From a bacterium (lineage in GTDB: Bacteria > Oederibacteriota > Muellerivitia > Muellerivitales > Muellerivitaceae): 64,000 bases of DNA. The translations under genes and the position numbers were made by a program. Under the pieces are notes generated by a model. The model had not been told where the DNA came from. It ran no database searches and saw only the letters and a list, made by a program, of their open reading frames with translations. Positions 39,501-47,924 of this stretch are shown here, piece by piece. The stretch is taken from contig DASZRK010000080.1 of NCBI GenBank assembly GCA_035549195.1, forward strand, positions 36,376 to 100,375, written 5' to 3'. Every line of letters starts with the position of its first letter. Within the stretch, counting starts at the first letter, position 1.

Positions 39501-39635
39501 CAGCAGGAAGGATCGTCCTATCGAAGCCCCATTTATGAGGCCGCGGTGGGGCAGGGGGGGCCTGAAAACCTTGAAAATACAGGGGTTTTGGCTTCTTCGG
39601 GCCGTTCCTTAACCCTGGTCGATCTTTTGGCTTAA
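36594..39635 (+). CDS. fliK: flagellar hook-length control protein FliK, giant form (1013 aa)
   Basis: C-terminal Flg_hook domain LNFQLVPESLGKVTVQIALVDQSLSARIFVSNPEVREAVQNHLVDLRASLSQAGLQIDQLQVQVQGG. Rest is Q/S/T/P-rich low-complexity ruler sequence. TTG start. Confidence 0.75.
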   Translation: MKRIEDLLNSLLTKPQDKTGISTGSPAKGAGEQSATFGQVLAQITQGQNAVGNQGLNAPTGSSQNSPAALSGPHTNLVPGVVADSFQGSVSQVSITVTETLRNATRDQVRQAEQTLQNLMTGLLTLLQGLSASGASKGISQEQAQALNASLELTPADLQSISNLLQPFTQKLPEDQNPFSLDRDQQARLLAQMVQQMLSAQQVLFGTPGRGNGDQAQFSSIQGIGQTARVTGSTTILRLSFSDLQVNAFQNQEGQSSRISIDMESFKMSATFIQAESKGRPLVLPQGMTALNDSNISEDLTQKLQQALAAVQDQQGPMPSNQSNSFNQVLKPETLANFKELVQLLMQSGVTRAALTSFMNRNQENANQNPNNPSAPLGERGQVLAPKTPSEILLLPVEGAPNVSSTPTFEVSRNLASQLNQISSQLTEGNVAVVPASNGDLSPQTSLRSETTVQSSSASQGEVPPTTAFGPVGVLSSALEPNPEMVGPIHPSAQSVGNAPFMRPAGNVQTHQEIQDKVIQNDNVSKLNTASLHATQGSLTFGDLHPFSSQVYTLNQVTGSQAATQLNSPIPAVLSGSPSVPQNTPEVPPVEVALRTQTIKAEVTAALDLGRSTSRSANGNTPALQVGGEISRSSTQSVLPIEVLNNPTLPEPTATNTGLNETKIPAVAASDLSPNSISIPTSASQADLFKGNLQTTVPNDHGVTDTSRPGTLPHTVPAPALIPAPGPAYQGQVAQSQGMIPPVPTSTTPLVPFTATAGEGLKAELQPQMLQGTLNAGRTVPVGSFQPDQTIKVQAPEGVTPIVSVTGTDSSNQVLSATDKSDPKDTTSLDIATLLASTGSGVSRPEDSLKFAQNMNNLSNNPRFSMDQNQIYDLVSAQLTTQLVQARNVSRLNFQLVPESLGKVTVQIALVDQSLSARIFVSNPEVREAVQNHLVDLRASLSQAGLQIDQLQVQVQGGGANLLGQYYQYQQEGSSYRSPIYEAAVGQGGPENLENTGVLASSGRSLTLVDLLA

Positions 39636-39650
39636 AGGCCAAAAAAGGGT

Positions 39651-39677
39651 TAAAGTTTTATCGTTTTTAGCCGTTAA
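39651..39677 (+). promoter_or_regulatory. sigma-28 (FliA) promoter TAAAGTTT-N11-GCCGTTAA upstream of flgD-flgE
   Basis: -35 TAAAGTTT (39651-39658) is an exact match to the enteric sigma-28 consensus. 11-nt spacer. -10 GCCGTTAA (39670-39677) is 7/8 to GCCGATAA. 16 nt downstream of fliK stop, 19 nt upstream of flgD ATG. Confidence 0.55.
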
Positions 39678-39695
39678 GGAAGCATAGAAAGCGGG

Positions 39696-40109
39696 GTGAT
39701 TTTCATGGTTTCTGGTGTTAGTGGTTCTAGCAATAACGCTGCTTCGAGTGCTTTATCGACGGCAGTTAGCAATCAGTTCGTGTCACAGAATACGTTCTTG
39801 ACCCTTCTGTTGACCCAGCTGAAGAACCAGGATCCGCTGAATCCGCAAGATAGTAGCCAATTCGTTTCCCAATTGGCCCAATTCTCATCTTTGGAGCAGA
39901 TGACGGAAGTCAGCAAGAAGATGGAGTCGGTCCTCGAGAACTCCGTGGTTGGGATGATTGGTCGCACGGTCACGGTGGCGGATTCGACGACGCAAAGCGG
40001 CTTCACTCAAGGGCAGGTCACCGGCATCGTTTATTACGCCGATGGTCCGGCTGTGGTGGTGGATGGCAAGAATTACCCCTTGTCCGCTGTGCAGAGCGTC
40101 TCGCAGTAA
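39696..40109 (+). CDS. flgD: flagellar hook capping/scaffold protein FlgD (short form)
   Basis: FLTLLLTQLKNQDPLNPQDSSQFVSQLAQFSSLEQMTEVSKKME is the canonical FlgD N-domain. Confidence 0.85.
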   Translation: MIFMVSGVSGSSNNAASSALSTAVSNQFVSQNTFLTLLLTQLKNQDPLNPQDSSQFVSQLAQFSSLEQMTEVSKKMESVLENSVVGMIGRTVTVADSTTQSGFTQGQVTGIVYYADGPAVVVDGKNYPLSAVQSVSQ

Positions 40110-40158
40110 GTCGTAAAATCCCGGGAAGCCGGGTCTTTGAAAGGCAGGTGAAGACGAA

Positions 40159-40569
40159 GTGGTCCAGCAGATCAACTTTAATGATCCCCACGTGAACGCG
40201 GTCGATACCGTCCAGAACCAGGCGCAACTCCAGATGATCAAGGAGCAAGCCAGCCGGGCGGCCGAAGCGGTCCAGCCTTTTCAGGCGGTCCTTCAATCGA
40301 CGGTCGAAACGGGGGCGGGGTTAAAGTTCTCGGCCCACGCGAAAGAAAGATTGGCTTTGCGCAACATCAATCTTTCCGCGGGTGATTTGGCTCGATTGAA
40401 CGAGGCGGTCAGCAAGGCGGCCTCGAAGGGGGCCCGGCAGTCCTTGTTGGTGATGGATAGCCAGGCTTTCATCGTCAGCGTTCCGAACCGGACCGTCATT
40501 ACCGCCCTGGATGGGGGCAGTATGAAAGAGAATGTCTTCACGAACATCGATAGTGCGGTGATCGTTTAA
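40159..40569 (+). CDS. small conserved flagellar-operon protein found between flgD and flgE in Firmicutes-type loci (recalled TIGR02530-like family)
   Basis: LKFSAHAKERLALRNINLSAGDLARLNEAVSKAASKGARQSLLVMDSQAFIVSVPNRTVITAL matches my recollection of that family's F(S)KHA..RL..R.I.L...L..A..KG....L....AFIVS..N.TVIT core. Family assignment from memory only. Confidence 0.55.
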   Translation: MVQQINFNDPHVNAVDTVQNQAQLQMIKEQASRAAEAVQPFQAVLQSTVETGAGLKFSAHAKERLALRNINLSAGDLARLNEAVSKAASKGARQSLLVMDSQAFIVSVPNRTVITALDGGSMKENVFTNIDSAVIV

Positions 40570-40664
40570 GCAGTAAGTTGTGCAGTGGAAAAACGGGCTG
40601 GTCCTCTTAGAGGGAGCCCGAAACAGGCGGGCCGATCGCCCGACCTACTCTAAGGAGGCGTAAG

Positions 40665-42671
40665 ATGGGTCTTCGCGACATGTTCAGTGCGATTTCCGGG
40701 TTGCAAGCCAACAGCACTTGGTTGGATGTGATCGGGAACAATATTTCCAATTCCAACACGGTGGCTTACAAAGCTAGCCGCGTGGAGTTCGCCGATCAGT
40801 TCAGCCAGACGCTTTATGGCGGAACGGGAGGCAACCAATCCTCCGGTTTGGGCGGGGTCAATCCCGAGCAGATCGGGTTGGGTACCCGGGTGGCTTCTAT
40901 TACCACCCTCTTCACTGAAGGTGCCCTGCAGAACACCGGACGTTCCACCGACATCGCCATCGTGGGCAACGGGTTCCTAGTCTCCAAGAGCGGAACTGCG
41001 ACCTACCTGACCCGCGCTGGCAATTTGGGATTCGACAGCAACGGTAATTTGGTGGATCAAAACGGTGGGTTAATCCAAGGGTTGTCGGCTACCGTTCAAT
41101 ATACAACTAAGACCATTCTGACCGCAGGCGCGTCGGGTAACGCCAACGCTTTGTTGATCACCTCAGCGAAGCTCGGGTTCACCACAACCAGCGCTGCTGC
41201 GGCCACGAATATTCAGATCCCTCGCGACATGACCATGCCGCCCAATGCGACCACGGTCATTAATTTCGCCGGCAACCTGGATTCATTCCTCCAAGCCACT
41301 GATTCGGCCCACGGCGGCATCCTAGATATCGGCGGGAACGCAGTTCCGGCTGGCGCGGGCGCCCCTCCTGAGGCTTTGCCTCTAGCCGATGCCACGGTGG
41401 TCCTGAACAACACGGTGTTCAATAAGATTGCCGATCCGAACAACGCCCTGGGCCAGGTCATCCAACAGGTGGCCGATGCCAATGTGAACGGTGTTGTCGG
41501 TAATGCGGACATTGCTGCTAAAGGAAATGTCGCGACGGCCAATCCCAACGTTTGGGGCGCCGCCATGATCGCCAACACTCCGGCCCAGACCGCCCTGACC
41601 ATTCGGGTGGATGCCTTTAATGGAAATGCCAATTTCGCATGGGACCAACAGCCTCCCGTGAATCCGGCACACCAGATTGTGGAACAGGTCTTCGATTCCG
41701 AGGGTAATCCCCGACAAGTGACCATCAACATGTACCAGGTGAACGATCTGGGCAATGGTGGGGTCAACAACGCCGCTGGTCCGAACCAGGTGGCCTATGC
41801 CTGGTACGCTTTTGATACGACGGGTGGGGCCCAGCCCAGCTCGACCAATATCGTGGGCGGTACAGGCCTGCAGGAAGGCGATGTGAACGGGGTTCCTTAC
41901 GATCGTGGGGTCGCAGGGGATGAGTTTTACGGCGATCTCCTCGTGTTCAATACCGATGGTTCTTTGCTTTCGACCGGAGGCGCGGAGAACGTCACGGTGA
42001 ACGGCCAACCGGTTCAAGCGATTCCGAACATCTACCTGCCTCCGATGAACAACCCTGGAGCTCCGGCGGTTCCGGGCAATCCTCCCGATCCGGCCAATGG
42101 GATGGGCGGGCCGGCTTCTCCGATCCCGACCCAAGGGGCCGAAATCACCCAGATCAGCTTGGACTTCGGCACCGCCGGGGTTCTGGGCCAAGGGAAGAGG
42201 GATGGAGTCTACAGCGACGCGGAAGGGTCCTATCAAATCGTCAATGGCGTCAACACCTATATCCCGAAGTCGACCGCCTATGGCAAAAGCCAGGATGGTT
42301 TTGCTTCGGGGATCCTCTCGAGCCTGAATTTTGACGCGACCGGATACATCAATGGTACCTTCAGCAATGGTCAAACCACGGCCATCGGCCGGGTTATCCT
42401 GGCCATGCCGAACAACCAGGAAGGGTTGAGCAAGGTGGGTAGCAACTACTACCAGACCTCGTCCAACACGGGGGCTCTGTTCGTCGGGTTCGCAGACCAG
42501 GACGGCGTGGGGACGATCCAAGGGGGAACCTTGGAACTCTCCAACGTGGACCTCACGGTGGAATTGACCAACATGATCATCGCTCAACGTGGGTTCGATG
42601 TGAACTCGCGGGTGATCTCGGTCGAGAATTCCAACCTGCAGATCCTGAGCCAGTTGGGTCAAGGTGGCTGA
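40665..42671 (+). CDS. flgE: flagellar hook protein FlgE (long, 668 aa)
   Basis: N-terminal MGLRDMFSAISGLQANSTWLDVIGNNISNSNTVAYK. C-terminal LELSNVDLTVELTNMIIAQRGFDVNSRVISVENSNLQIL. Large variable insert domains. Confidence 0.92.
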   Translation: MGLRDMFSAISGLQANSTWLDVIGNNISNSNTVAYKASRVEFADQFSQTLYGGTGGNQSSGLGGVNPEQIGLGTRVASITTLFTEGALQNTGRSTDIAIVGNGFLVSKSGTATYLTRAGNLGFDSNGNLVDQNGGLIQGLSATVQYTTKTILTAGASGNANALLITSAKLGFTTTSAAAATNIQIPRDMTMPPNATTVINFAGNLDSFLQATDSAHGGILDIGGNAVPAGAGAPPEALPLADATVVLNNTVFNKIADPNNALGQVIQQVADANVNGVVGNADIAAKGNVATANPNVWGAAMIANTPAQTALTIRVDAFNGNANFAWDQQPPVNPAHQIVEQVFDSEGNPRQVTINMYQVNDLGNGGVNNAAGPNQVAYAWYAFDTTGGAQPSSTNIVGGTGLQEGDVNGVPYDRGVAGDEFYGDLLVFNTDGSLLSTGGAENVTVNGQPVQAIPNIYLPPMNNPGAPAVPGNPPDPANGMGGPASPIPTQGAEITQISLDFGTAGVLGQGKRDGVYSDAEGSYQIVNGVNTYIPKSTAYGKSQDGFASGILSSLNFDATGYINGTFSNGQTTAIGRVILAMPNNQEGLSKVGSNYYQTSSNTGALFVGFADQDGVGTIQGGTLELSNVDLTVELTNMIIAQRGFDVNSRVISVENSNLQILSQLGQGG

Positions 42672-42715
42672 GGTTAAGTGAGGAAAAAGGTCCGTAAATG
42701 GGCCGGTCGAATGAA

Positions 42716-42746
42716 CGGCGCCCGATAAGGGCGCCGTTTTTATTTT
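42716..42746 (+). terminator. Rho-independent terminator after flgE
   Basis: 8-bp GC stem CGGCGCCC/GGGCGCCG with 5-nt loop GATAA, followed by TTTTTATTTT. Confidence 0.7.
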
Positions 42747-42784
42747 GGGAACGGATTGAATGTGAGATAAGCTTTAATAGAACC

Positions 42785-43831
42785 ATGGAACACGAGAGAA
42801 GAACTTTGTCCCGATCATTTGGATTTTTACTAGTTTTCCTTTCATGTCTCTTTGGGGGATGTACAAAGAACGCGACTTCCCCGAACGGCTCTGCTTGGAC
42901 TGAAGCCACGGCCCATGCGCCTTTCGCGCCTCGGTATGGGCTTTCGGGAACTGTTTTTAATAATTCCATGTGGGTCTTGGGAGGTGCCAGCGGGCCAGTG
43001 ACCACCTATTATGCGGACGTTTGGAAGTCCTCCAATGGAGCTTCTTGGACGCAAACTGCGGCCTCTGCTCCTTTCGGGGGCCGATATGGTGCCCAACTCC
43101 TTTCCTATAACGGAACCTTATATTTGCTGGGCGGGAATAATTCAGGCACTATGAAAAACGATGTTTGGTCATCCTTGGACGGAACTAATTGGACCAAAAT
43201 TCTCGGAAGCACAACGACTGGATCCGCGACCCAATTCCCTCCTCGCGAGGATTTCACGGCATTGGTCTACAACAACTTAATGTGGGTTATCGGGGGGTTC
43301 GATGTCGGTCAAAGTTATAACGATGTTTGGAATTCAGCTGATGGGATTACCTGGAACTTGGTCTTGGCGAATGGAACGGCCGGGGCCAACCATTTTTCAA
43401 AACGTTGGGGGATGTCTTCCGCAGTCTACAACAACCAGATGTGGTTGATGACCGGCGCTTATTCAACGATTGCCAACTCCAATCCAACGACCGTTTATAG
43501 CGATGTTTGGAATTCGAGCACGGGAGCAAGTTGGACCCGCATCTCGCTATCGAATATCTTTTATTCGATGTACTACGGACAAGGGGTTGTTTTCAACAAT
43601 CAGATCTGGTTGACAGGAGGGTATCTGGCGGGGTGGGGAGCACGTAGCATCACGGATTCAACGACGGATGGCATCAACTGGACCCCCAGTTCAGGGCCCT
43701 TTGATTACCGCTTCTATCACCTAGGGCTAAGTTACAATAACAAACTTTGGATCATTGCCGGTTGTAATAATGTCTGCCAGTCCGCGAGTTGTGCGATTAC
43801 CTATTTGAATGATGTTTGGTATACCCAATGA
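42785..43831 (+). CDS. Kelch-type beta-propeller lipoprotein (about 7 repeats of ~48 aa)
   Basis: Lipobox LSCLFGGC. Repeated DVW(K/S/N)S.DG..WT...A...F..R.G motif (e.g. ADVWKSSNGASWTQ, NDVWSSLDGTNWTK, NDVWNSADGITWNL, SDVWNSSTGASWTR), as in Kelch/galactose-oxidase-like blades. Confidence 0.65.
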   Translation: MEHERRTLSRSFGFLLVFLSCLFGGCTKNATSPNGSAWTEATAHAPFAPRYGLSGTVFNNSMWVLGGASGPVTTYYADVWKSSNGASWTQTAASAPFGGRYGAQLLSYNGTLYLLGGNNSGTMKNDVWSSLDGTNWTKILGSTTTGSATQFPPREDFTALVYNNLMWVIGGFDVGQSYNDVWNSADGITWNLVLANGTAGANHFSKRWGMSSAVYNNQMWLMTGAYSTIANSNPTTVYSDVWNSSTGASWTRISLSNIFYSMYYGQGVVFNNQIWLTGGYLAGWGARSITDSTTDGINWTPSSGPFDYRFYHLGLSYNNKLWIIAGCNNVCQSASCAITYLNDVWYTQ

Positions 43832-43847
43832 GAATTGAGGGGGAAGA

Positions 43848-44048
43848 TTGATCCAGGTCACCCGTTTGAACGGCCAAGAGGTCTATATCAATGCCGATCT
43901 GATCCTTTTCTTGGAAAGCACCCCGGAGACCATCCTGACCCTGGAAAACGGCAAGAAGGTGACGGTCAAGGAAACGATTTCCCAGGTGGTTGACAGGGTC
44001 GTCGAGTTCAAATCCCGGTGTTATCCAAAGTTCGAGAAGACCCCCTAA
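43848..44048 (+). CDS. flbD: flagellar protein FlbD (SwrD/YlzI family)
   Basis: LIQVTRLNGQEVYINADLILFLESTPETILTLENGKKVTVKETISQVVDRVVEFKS is highly similar to the FlbD consensus. TTG start. Confidence 0.8.
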   Translation: MIQVTRLNGQEVYINADLILFLESTPETILTLENGKKVTVKETISQVVDRVVEFKSRCYPKFEKTP

Positions 44049-44164
44049 TCCCCTCGCTTTTGCCCTAAACGGTTGCGTGGTCTGGGCTGGCCGAAGATAA
44101 TGTTGTGGATTGGTTTGTGAGAGATTCGGGGTAAACTTCACTTAAAACGGTATCTGGAGTTGGG

Positions 44165-45691
44165 ATGGCATTCATAGAAAAGTTTTTCCATCGAATCTTG
44201 ACCCTTTTTTTTGTTTTTGTTTCAGTCTTTTTGGTCTTTGGGACTGGTTTTTGCGCACTTTCAAATGATCCAAACCAGCATTTTGACCCTACTCCGACGA
44301 CGGGTGGGAATGCGAAGATAAACTGGGCAATTACCCATAGCGGTGCGACCGCTTATACATTAACGGCATTAACGACCAATTCGGGTGGAACTGCAGACCC
44401 ATCCGATGCTACGACCGCTACCACAGGATTGATCACCTCATCCGGAAGTTGTCCTTCTTGTAATGTTACCCTGACCTATACCGATCCAAATACCGGGAGC
44501 GCTTCATCTCAGCTTTATGTTCTGGTGGATGTCTACTCGGCGAACACAGGGAGAAGTTTCCAGATCATAGCGACCGATGTTTCTAATAACTCCGTGACGG
44601 CAACGACTAACGACCTTCTTTATAATTGTTCCTCGGGTGGCGTCCTTGGTGGATCGACTCTCGCTAATACGTGGTCGACACTCTTTGTAGATACTTCGGG
44701 GTTGGGCGTCATTCAAACCGTCACCATCATCATTCCGTCCGCGGGGACGATGAACACGAATCCGGTCTACGTCGATAATTTGTATGGGTCAGGAGTCCTT
44801 CCTTGTTTGGTCCCCCCCACACCCACTAATACGCCGACTTCTTCTCCGACCGCGACTCCGACCGTGACGTCGACTTTTACACCTACGAATAGTCCGTCGG
44901 CGACGCCGACCGATACCGGCACTCCGACGCCGACCGGGACCCCTTCAGCTACACCAACCAAAACGTCGACGGCCACCCAAACCTCCACCCCTACATTCAC
45001 TGGAACCCATACCGCAACATCCACCCCGTCAGCTACTCCCACGGACACACCTCCGTTTACGGCAACCTTGACGCCCTCGGCCACGACAACAGGTACGCCA
45101 ACCAATACAGGTGTTGCAACATCGACCAATACAACGACTTCGACCCCGACCGCTTCCTTTACTTCGACCCCCTCATTTACATTTACCTCCACCCCTACGC
45201 AGACCTTCACATTTACCCCCACCTTATCTCCAACCTTCACCTTTACGCCGACCACTTCCTTTACTTTCACGCCGTCCGCTACCTTTACGAGGACCTTTAC
45301 GCCCACGATCACCAATACCCCTGGTCCCACGGCGACCTTTACCAATACGCCTTGTCCGATCACCGTCTATCCACAGCCCATGGATTTCCAACACAATCCG
45401 GCCTATACCAACCAATGTCCGGGTGGAACAGCCTGCATCAAGATCGGTTGTGTGCCCATTGGCTCGACCTTGAAGATCTACACGGTGGACCTTTCCCTGG
45501 TCCGCTCCTATGCGGCGAACGACCCCAATTTCACTCCGGTCCCTAGCTTGGGAGTTGGGACATTCACTTGGGATGGCAAGAACGGCGACGGGAACCCGGT
45601 TTCTTCAGGCTTTTATTATTTCGTGACCGAAGGTCCGGCGGGTAGGTCTTTCGGCAAACTGGCCATTTCCCGTTCTTGGACGGGCCCTTGA
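44165..45691 (+). CDS. secreted Thr/Pro-rich repeat surface protein with C-terminal FlgD-Ig-like / T9SS-CTD-like beta-sandwich domain
   Basis: N-terminal signal/TM. ~190 aa of TPT/TFT degenerate repeats ([23 protein letters not shown]...[24 protein letters not shown]). C-terminus [17 protein letters not shown]...[40 protein letters not shown] resembles both the FlgD Ig-like domain and type IX sorting CTDs. Confidence 0.6.
   Translation: MAFIEKFFHRILTLFFVFVSVFLVFGTGFCALSNDPNQHFDPTPTTGGNAKINWAITHSGATAYTLTALTTNSGGTADPSDATTATTGLITSSGSCPSCNVTLTYTDPNTGSASSQLYVLVDVYSANTGRSFQIIATDVSNNSVTATTNDLLYNCSSGGVLGGSTLANTWSTLFVDTSGLGVIQTVTIIIPSAGTMNTNPVYVDNLYGSGVLPCLVPPTPTNTPTSSPTATPTVTSTFTPTNSPSATPTDTGTPTPTGTPSATPTKTSTATQTSTPTFTGTHTATSTPSATPTDTPPFTATLTPSATTTGTPTNTGVATSTNTTTSTPTASFTSTPSFTFTSTPTQTFTFTPTLSPTFTFTPTTSFTFTPSATFTRTFTPTITNTPGPTATFTNTPCPITVYPQPMDFQHNPAYTNQCPGGTACIKIGCVPIGSTLKIYTVDLSLVRSYAANDPNFTPVPSLGVGTFTWDGKNGDGNPVSSGFYYFVTEGPAGRSFGKLAISRSWTGP
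44815..45340 (+). repeat. degenerate codon-level tandem repeat (ACx-CCx / ACx-TTx units) encoding the Thr/Pro/Phe-rich low-complexity region
   Basis: Visible as recurring acgccgac/accccgac/tttacgccc units. Also produces the G/V-rich antisense shadow ORF 44767-45363. Confidence 0.6.
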
Positions 45692-46662
45692 AACTTTCAT
45701 CCACCTGCAAGATATGTGTTGCTTTCGTTTTCTTGTCTTTCTCCTTCCGGCCTTTGGTGCTCCATGCCGAAACGAGCAACGGCGGACGTGCGGCTTTTGA
45801 AATATTGAAGATCTCGCCCGTGACGAGGGCCATGGCACTAGGAGGTGCCTATACGGCCATTGGAGATGATATCGGCTCCATTTATTACAACCCCGCGGGG
45901 CTTGCCAGCGTCCTGAGCAATGAATTCAATGTGACCTATTTGTCCCTCTATCAGGGGTTGAATTACGAGTTCCTGGCCTACGCCTATCCGGTCGCCTTGG
46001 GAATGCCGGATTTAGGTGGAACGATCGCCTTGGGAGCGGGGATGCTCCAACCGGGCTCCATGCAACGCACGGACGATTTTGGTGTTACCACAGGGACCTT
46101 TACGAGCGGCGACCAGGTTTTCAGCCTGGCCTATGCCAAAAATTTCGGGGATACGGTCCATGCCGGCGTGGCCGTCAACCTCATCCAGCAGCAGATCGAC
46201 ACGGTTTCCAGCTCGCTTTTCGATGTTACAGCCGGCATCGTGGTGGTGCCCTCGTTCAGTGGGATGAGGATCGGCCTTTCCTTGAAAAATTTAGGGGCCC
46301 AATCCGCGGGTTTTGACCTGCCCTTCACGATGAATGCGGGGATCTCTTACCGGCGTTATGAACTCTTCAGTGAACAGGACGATGGCGCCTTGACCGCCGA
46401 AGTCTCGATGCCATTGCAACCCATTGAGGACCCGGCCGGGGTCAAAGTCGGCGCGGAATATAATTTCAAATGGGTCGGGAGCCGTGCGACCCTAAGAGCA
46501 GGTTATGAATTCCTCGATACTTCCTTGAACGGGGTCGGCTTGGGTGTGGGAGCGGGTTACGGATTGGATCTCGGGGGCGCGGTCCTGTTCCTGGATTATG
46601 CCTTCGCTCCGGCGGATATCTTTGGAAGCTCCCACCGGATATCCCTCACAACGAAATTTTAA
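45676..46662 (+). CDS. outer-membrane beta-barrel protein, FadL/PorV-like superfamily (paralog 3 of 4)
   Basis: Signal peptide. Hatch motif [28 protein letters not shown]. ~300 aa of alternating strands. C-terminal [12 protein letters not shown] (terminal Phe), very similar to paralog 2 barrel end SSHRISAKWMF. Start overlaps upstream gene by 16 nt. Confidence 0.6.
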   Translation: MDGPLKLSSTCKICVAFVFLSFSFRPLVLHAETSNGGRAAFEILKISPVTRAMALGGAYTAIGDDIGSIYYNPAGLASVLSNEFNVTYLSLYQGLNYEFLAYAYPVALGMPDLGGTIALGAGMLQPGSMQRTDDFGVTTGTFTSGDQVFSLAYAKNFGDTVHAGVAVNLIQQQIDTVSSSLFDVTAGIVVVPSFSGMRIGLSLKNLGAQSAGFDLPFTMNAGISYRRYELFSEQDDGALTAEVSMPLQPIEDPAGVKVGAEYNFKWVGSRATLRAGYEFLDTSLNGVGLGVGAGYGLDLGGAVLFLDYAFAPADIFGSSHRISLTTKF

Positions 46663-46673
46663 AGGCCATCTTC

Positions 46674-47705
46674 ATGCATCGATTGTTCTTCCGGTCTTCC
46701 TTTCTTCTTGGGGTCGTCTTGCTGATGGCCGGGTCGGCCTGCGCCCAGACGGTGGGAACCACTACGGCAGACATCTTGAAAATCAATCAAGGGACCCGGC
46801 CTTCGGCCATGGGCGGGGTTTTTACGGCCATGGGGGATGATGTTTACTCCATGAGTTATAACCCAGCGGGATTGAGCTATATCAAGGCCACCCAGGTAGT
46901 CTTGCTTCATCTGGATAGTCTTGCCGATATCCAATATGAATACCTGGCCCTTGGGACCGCTTTTGGCTCGGGGGATGTACTGGGTCTGAACCTCACCTAT
47001 CGCCATTCGCCCACGATCGACAATAACAACGGCAACCCTCCCGTCAATACGGATGACCTTTTGGGTGGCTTGTCCTGTGCGCTTAAACTTATGCCGGACC
47101 TCCGGGCCGGACTTTCAATAAAGTATTTGAAGAGCACCTTGGCCAATTATTCGGGAACTGCGATCGCATTCGATCTGGGAGCGGTCCTCGACCATCTTCC
47201 TTACGGATGTAAAGTGGGAGCCGCCGTCCAGAACCTCGGTACTGGTATGACCTTCACGCCGGGTGGGACCGGTGCGGGTTCGGGTTACCCCTCCGAGAAC
47301 CTTCCCATGTTCCTCCGGCTCGGGATCGGGACCCACCAGGTCTTCGACGGCAACAAGGATTTCAACGCCGCGGTCGAGGTCTTCAAACCGGCCGACCAGG
47401 ACATCAAATTGGGTGTCGGAGCGGAGTTCTGGCTTTTCCCGCAACTTTTTGCGGTCCGCGGTGGATATAAATTCGAGAACTTGGGGAACCTTTTTGGAGG
47501 AACGGACCCGAATACCGGGAATGCCTTTCCGGGGGTCCCGAACACATTTGACAATTACAGCCTTGGCTGCACCTTGACCCGCCGGATCGATGGCGATGAT
47601 TTTTCGGTCGACATCGCCTACAACCCCGCGAACTTCACCTCGACGACCTCGGACACCTTCTTTTTCGCCTTGAACCTGAAGTTCAACCAATTCCGCATTT
47701 TCTAA
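46674..47705 (+). CDS. outer-membrane beta-barrel protein, FadL/PorV-like superfamily (paralog 4 of 4)
   Basis: Signal peptide ending ...SACAQ. Hatch motif TRPSAMGGVFTAMGDDVYSMSYNPAGLS. C-terminal ...LNLKFNQFRIF. Confidence 0.6.
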   Translation: MHRLFFRSSFLLGVVLLMAGSACAQTVGTTTADILKINQGTRPSAMGGVFTAMGDDVYSMSYNPAGLSYIKATQVVLLHLDSLADIQYEYLALGTAFGSGDVLGLNLTYRHSPTIDNNNGNPPVNTDDLLGGLSCALKLMPDLRAGLSIKYLKSTLANYSGTAIAFDLGAVLDHLPYGCKVGAAVQNLGTGMTFTPGGTGAGSGYPSENLPMFLRLGIGTHQVFDGNKDFNAAVEVFKPADQDIKLGVGAEFWLFPQLFAVRGGYKFENLGNLFGGTDPNTGNAFPGVPNTFDNYSLGCTLTRRIDGDDFSVDIAYNPANFTSTTSDTFFFALNLKFNQFRIF

Positions 47706-47801
47706 AGACCAAGCCGGGTCAGGGGTCTCGATTGACAAGCCCCAGGCTCCTTGTTAATCTTCCTCCCCTGCGCGGAAGCTCTTTTCGTATTCCTTCCCTG
47801 T

Positions 47802-47877
<76 letters not shown>

Positions 47878-47924
47878 TTTTTCATTCCTTGTGTTCCGGC
47901 CTCGTTTTTTCCTTAAAATGAACC

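Noticed and set aside
36594-39635. Considered whether the 1013-aa ORF after flgK is FlgL (expected position) rather than FliK.
   Set aside because: The C-terminus carries the FliK Flg_hook domain pattern and there are no N-/C-terminal flagellin-type heptad domains. The low-complexity Q/S/T/P body fits a ruler, not a junction protein.
44049-44164. GCCGAAGATAA resembling a sigma-28 -10 element upstream of the Thr/Pro-rich protein gene.
   Set aside because: No TAAA-type -35 at 11-16 nt spacing (nearest TAAA is ~20 nt upstream). Not reported as a promoter.
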